DNA of 64,000 bases from Patescibacteria group bacterium UBA6532 (lineage in GTDB: Bacteria > Patescibacteriota > Minisyncoccia > Minisyncoccales > UBA6532). Position numbers and translations under genes: made by a program. Location of the stretch: assembly GCA_002434805.1 (NCBI GenBank), contig DJKW01000009.1, positions 15,483 through 79,482 of the forward strand. Direction: 5' to 3'. Position 1 is the stretch's first letter, and the number at the start of each line of letters is the position of its first letter. Shown here piece after piece: positions 59,185 through 64,000 of the stretch. Below the pieces are notes generated by a model. That model was not told the origin of the DNA. It made no database searches and was given only the letters and a program-made list of their open reading frames with translations.

Positions 59185-59253
59185 ATCTAGGAATTAGCAT
59201 ACGATAATATATTAGCAAATTAAAGGCTCAAAATCAATTTATCAAGGTTCAGC

Positions 59254-60404
59254 TCAGTTTTGTTTTCTTTTGCGGAAAAATAATAACACTAAAATTATTA
59301 CTAACACCAAACCGAATCCTGCTAATAGTTTAGTTAATGACAAGCCCTCGTTTTGAATTAATATTCCGGCGGCCTCAACTATTGAAGCCTGGGCTTTGGC
59401 TAGATCTAAAGGAAAATTATCTCTTGAATCTATAACTCCATCTCCATCGCTATCTTCTATTAAAAAATTGGTTCCAAGGTCTATTTCCTCTTTATCTGAA
59501 AGGCCGTCATTGTCGGTATCTGGACTTAAGGGGTCAGTTCCAAAAACAAACAACTCTTCCTCATCGGCTATTCCGTCATTATCATCATCTAAATCAGTAT
59601 TATTCCCTAAACCATCTTTATCTGTGTCTTGCCATTCGGTTGAATCTAAAGAAAAGACGTCATCTCCATCTTCAACCATATCTCCGTCAGTATCTCTGTT
59701 AAATGAATCGGTGCCAACAATTTTCTCGACTTCATCGGCTACTCCGTCATTGTCGTCATCTAAATCAGCGTTATTTCCAATACTGTCGCCGTCATTATCT
59801 TCGCTTTCAGCTGGATTAAGAGGGAAAACATCTTCCTTGTCAGCCACTCCATCTCCATCGCTATCTGGATTTAAGGGGTCAGTTCCTAAAATTACCTCTT
59901 TGCTGTCTAAAAGACCGTCTTCGTCATCATCTAAATCTTTAACGTTTCCTATGCCGTCTCCGTCAGTATCTAAGTCAACGAAATATTTTCTCGAGTAGCT
60001 ACGTTATCTATCGGACTCTCGTCTTGAAAATTGGTTCCAATAATTTTAGCCTGGACATCATAAATACCTGCTTTAATTTGCCAGTCGATAAAAACATCGT
60101 CATAAGTACTGGCCTTAATAGAAATGGGTTGAGGGTCTGTAATTATTTCATCATTGATTAAAAAAACAACGAATCCGTAAACGTCTACATCGCCAACATT
60201 AAATATCCTGGCGAAAATTCTAATCTTATCTCCTTCTAAAGGGTCTTCCTTAGAAAAAGTTATATCAGATACTTTAAGAGAAAGATCTACTTTGGCCAAA
60301 GAATCCTTAATAGAGAATGTAAGGATTAAAAATATTATTATCAGTACCAGAGTTATTGAAAATGGCTTCTTCATAATATAGTTCAACTGTTTAAATTCTA
60401 CCAT
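59254..60404 (-). pseudogene. Surface protein (signal/TM + CARDB-like beta-sandwich + thrombospondin type-3 Ca-binding repeats + C-terminal TM) split by an apparent 1-nt frameshift at about 59975-60003
   Basis: Upstream ORF (59970-60404) ends ...DNVATRENISLT*. The other frame is open from 60003 and reads ...FVDLDTDGDGIGNVKDLDDDEDG..., continuing into the 59254-59847 ORF (DxDxDGxxDxxD repeats). No start codon precedes the first repeats. Confidence 0.6.
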
Positions 60405-60422
60405 TTATTAAGCTAGTTTATC

Positions 60423-60454
60423 AAAAAAAACTGCACTAGAATAGTCTAGTGCAG
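60423..60454 (-). terminator. Strong intrinsic terminator ending the 16S transcription unit
   Basis: Perfect 9-bp stem ctgcactag/ctagtgcag (60431-60454) with a 6-nt loop, followed on the minus strand by U8 (A-run 60423-60430). Confidence 0.75.
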
Positions 60455-60482
60455 TAAAAGCAAAACAGCTTTGTTAATATTG

Positions 60483-60501
60483 GTTCTTTAGAGTTGTCCT
60501 G
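60483..60501 (-). repeat. 3' half of the 16S processing stem
   Basis: gttctttagagttgtcctg is the exact reverse complement of 62111-62129 (19 bp). Confidence 0.75.
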
Positions 60502-60608
60502 GATCTCGTTTTAAGGTGTCGAGATCAACACCTTGTAGTTAAAATCCGAATTCCAGATTTCAACTACAGTCGACAACTATAATGTCTACAAATAACAAAA
60601 TTATTTGT

Positions 60609-62101
<1,493 letters not shown>

Positions 62102-62110
62102 AAACCTAGT

Positions 62111-62129
62111 CAGGACAACTCTAAAGAAC
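62111..62129 (-). repeat. 5' half of the 16S processing stem
   Basis: caggacaactctaaagaac is complementary to 60483-60501, about 10 nt upstream of the mature 5' end. Confidence 0.75.
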
Positions 62130-62219
62130 TAATTACTTGCCTTGTTAAATTCCGCGAGGTAGAAATTTCGCTAAAAGCGAAATTATTTAACAAGAATGAA
62201 TTTTCAAAGTACAGGTTTT

Positions 62220-62271
62220 AAAAAAATAAAACCGTGAAGACAACAAACTATATTTCGATACCTTCACGGTT
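62220..62271 (-). terminator. Terminator-like hairpin plus U-run between tRNA-Thr/P1 and the 16S
   Basis: 10-bp stem aaccgtgaag/cttcacggtt (62230-62239 with 62262-71), 22-nt loop, then UUAUUUUUUU on the minus strand. Confidence 0.45.
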
Positions 62272-62353
62272 CTACTTTATGATGTCTTTTTTGTTGAATT
62301 TTATTTAACCATGCGCACCAATATTTTTTTATATCTTTAACCTTTCTATTCCA

Positions 62354-62382
62354 ATTATATTACCTTAATAAATCTCTGTCAA
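62354..62382 (-). promoter_or_regulatory. Perfect consensus sigma70 promoter TTGACA-17-TATAAT upstream of the 16S leader
   Basis: Minus-strand TTGACA 62377-62382 and TATAAT 62354-62359. Confidence 0.65.
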
Positions 62383-62397
62383 CCCCGTTAGAAATAC

Positions 62398-62472
62398 TGG
62401 AGCCGACGGTCGGATTCGAACCAACGACCTACTGTTTACAAAACAGTTGCTCTACCACTGAGCTACGTCGGC
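62398..62472 (-). tRNA. tRNA-Thr (anticodon UGU), CCA encoded
   Basis: GCCGACGTAGCTCAGTGGTAGAGCAACTGTTTTGTAAACAGTAGGTCGTTGGTTCGAATCCGACCGTCGGCTCCA. Confidence 0.92.
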
Positions 62473-62490
62473 GCTAACTTTCAACAGGGT

Positions 62491-62847
62491 TTATTTGCCG
62501 TCTTTTGCCTTTCTTAACTCTTCCCAATAATTGTCGTTCTCTTTCTCTGAATCATCTTGAGATTCTTTGCGCAATTTTCCCTGCCAGCTAGTAGTCTGAT
62601 TTTCAGCTTTTAAAATCAAAATCCTCAGCTTTAAGAGAATTTTTTGTAAAAATCCAACGAAGGAAAAATCTCCTACAACAGGCAGAGCCTTTGCCCGATT
62701 CTTTATTTCCGGAAACAAAGATTCTCTGGTAAATAAAGGGTCTGCGGGCAAGCTGACTAAAGCTGGAATCTTTCGGAATAAGATGGCCAGCATTCCCAAA
62801 AGACTAATAAATAAAGTAATGACGAAAATTAAATCAATAATACTCAT
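62491..62847 (-). CDS. Small membrane-anchored protein, unknown function
   Basis: 118 aa, N-terminal TM, charged C-terminus. ATGA overlap with the tsf stop. Confidence 0.5.
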   Translation of the reverse strand: MSIIDLIFVITLFISLLGMLAILFRKIPALVSLPADPLFTRESLFPEIKNRAKALPVVGDFSFVGFLQKILLKLRILILKAENQTTSWQGKLRKESQDDSEKENDNYWEELRKAKDGK

Positions 62848-63428
62848 ATTTCGTACCTTGTAAATCCTTTGATTACAATGTTTTCCCCTATTTTATTTAT
62901 ATATTCATCAATCAAATCTTTTATAGTTTTGGCTTCATCTTTTATCCAAGACTGAGAAAGCAAAGAAATCCCTCCTTTGTACTTATCAAGCTTGCCATCA
63001 ATAATTTGATTAACTATTTTCTGGGGCTTTCCCGAACCCTTAAATTGCTCTTGATAAATCTTTTTTTCGCCGTCCAAAAAGTCTTCTGGAATATCTTTTT
63101 CTCCTACAAACAAAGGTTTCATGGCAGCGATCTGTAAGCATAATTCATGGGATAAGGTTTTAAACTCTTTAGATCTTGCCACAAAATCTGACTCGCACCT
63201 TAAATCCAATAATACCCCAATCTTATTATTTGGATGAATGTAATTAGTAACAATCCCCTGTCCTGCCTCCCTGCTTGATTTCTTCTCAGCTAATTTTTGG
63301 CCCCTAATCCTTAAAATTTCTTTAGCTTTCTTGAAATCGCCATTAGATTCATTAAGTGCTTTTTTGCATTCAGCCAAGGAAACATCGGTTTCCTCCCTTA
63401 GTTGCTTGATTTGTTCAATGGTAACCAT
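62844..63428 (-). CDS. tsf: Elongation factor Ts (short form)
   Basis: IKQLREETDVSLAECKKALNESNGDFKKAKEILR (UBA-like N-domain). HPNNKIGVLLDLRCESDFVAR. Confidence 0.9.
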   Translation of the reverse strand: MVTIEQIKQLREETDVSLAECKKALNESNGDFKKAKEILRIRGQKLAEKKSSREAGQGIVTNYIHPNNKIGVLLDLRCESDFVARSKEFKTLSHELCLQIAAMKPLFVGEKDIPEDFLDGEKKIYQEQFKGSGKPQKIVNQIIDGKLDKYKGGISLLSQSWIKDEAKTIKDLIDEYINKIGENIVIKGFTRYEI

Positions 63429-63432
63429 AAGC

Positions 63433-64000
63433 TTACTTTTTTGTTTTCGCTTTTAAGACGACTTCTTTTACCTTTTCTAAAATGTACTTAACGGAAGAAA
63501 CGGCGTCGTCATTGGCTGGAATTGGATAATCTACCAAGGTAGGATCTACATTGGTATCGGCAATCCCGATCACCTTTATTCCTTTTACCTTGGCTTCTTT
63601 TATGGCCAGGTCGTCTTTTTTCATATCACAAACAAAAATTGCGTCTGGAACTTTAGTCAATCCTTTGATTCCTCCGAACTTTATTTCTAATTTTTTAATC
63701 TCTTTATCAAATTCAGACCTTTCTTTCTTAGTATACTTTTCCAGCTCCCCGCTCTTCTTTTTCCTTTCCAATTCTTTAAAATATTCAATCCGCTTTGAAA
63801 TAGAAGCAAAGTTTGTGATAGTCCCTCCCAACCAACGCTCGGTCACATAAGGCAGATCGCACTCTTTTGACACCTCCTTGACTAAATCTTTGACCTGGAT
63901 TTTTGTCCCAACTAAAAGTAAAACTTTATTTTCAGCTATAAGGTCTTGAATAAACTTAAGAGCTTCTTTCAATTTTGTGGAAGTCTTAGCAATGTCAATA
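63433..64000 (-). CDS. rpsB: 30S ribosomal protein S2, N-terminus beyond window edge
   Basis: Frame is open to the window end. ERWLGGTITNF, IFVCDMKKDDLAIKEA, GIADTNVDP. Confidence 0.9.
   Translation of the reverse strand, partial: IDIAKTSTKLKEALKFIQDLIAENKVLLLVGTKIQVKDLVKEVSKECDLPYVTERWLGGTITNFASISKRIEYFKELERKKKSGELEKYTKKERSEFDKEIKKLEIKFGGIKGLTKVPDAIFVCDMKKDDLAIKEAKVKGIKVIGIADTNVDPTLVDYPIPANDDAVSSVKYILEKVKEVVLKAKTKK

Noticed and set aside
59396-59998. 200-aa Ser-rich plus-strand ORF.
   Set aside because: It is antisense to the TSP3 repeat gene. GAT/GAC-rich Asp codons read as Ser/Ile-rich on the opposite strand, and the sense strand has the clear DxDxDG repeat logic.

Overview
AT-rich, gene-dense chromosomal segment, about 60 CDS and mostly on the minus strand. 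It looks like a Candidate Phyla Radiation (Patescibacteria, probably Parcubacteria-like) genome: small housekeeping proteins, several archaeal-type enzymes, and almost no Shine-Dalgarno sequences. No transposase, integrase, CRISPR array or recognisable defence genes were seen.

Supported content:
- Replication and translation: dnaE (5' truncated by the window edge), thrS, gatB, lepA, efp, tsf, rpsB (partial), miaB-miaA, gyrB.
- RNA genes: RNase P RNA, five tRNAs (Thr-CGU, Gly-CCC, Glu-CUC, Ile-GAU, Thr-UGU) and one 16S rRNA.
- Secretion: secA and secD-metK-secF.
- Cell wall and division: murB, murC, murJ, and a dcw block of mraZ-rsmH-ftsL-ftsI-murF(frameshifted).
- secE-nusG-rplK, followed directly by dcd rather than rplA.
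- Glycolysis: pgk and an archaeal-type apgM.

Most interesting observations:
1. A tight dcd / soluble MtrA-like+DUF4346-like / divergent ThyA-fold operon. It may be a non-canonical C1 route to thymidylate or a modified pyrimidine.
2. A monomeric, mitochondrial-type PheRS (alpha catalytic core fused to the beta-subunit FDX-ACB anticodon-binding domain). A decayed PheS N-terminal relic lies just upstream of gyrB.
3. A 16S rRNA whose 3' tail lacks the CCUCC anti-SD. Starts are SD-less, and several consensus promoters sit 8-11 nt from their ATG, implying leaderless or near-leaderless mRNAs. The 16S is a stand-alone unit with its own promoter, processing stem and terminator, unlinked from 23S.
4. 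An orphan T4SS coupling-protein-like ATPase with a CxxC-x17-CxxC tail, plus a membrane partner.
5. An hpf-pdaD-dhs-speB operon (archaeal-type arginine decarboxylase, deoxyhypusine-synthase homologue, agmatinase).
6. Three disrupted genes: an in-frame TAG in a LysW-like zinc ribbon, and 1-nt frameshifts in murF and in a CARDB/TSP3 surface protein.

All family calls come from reading motifs by eye. No searches were run.
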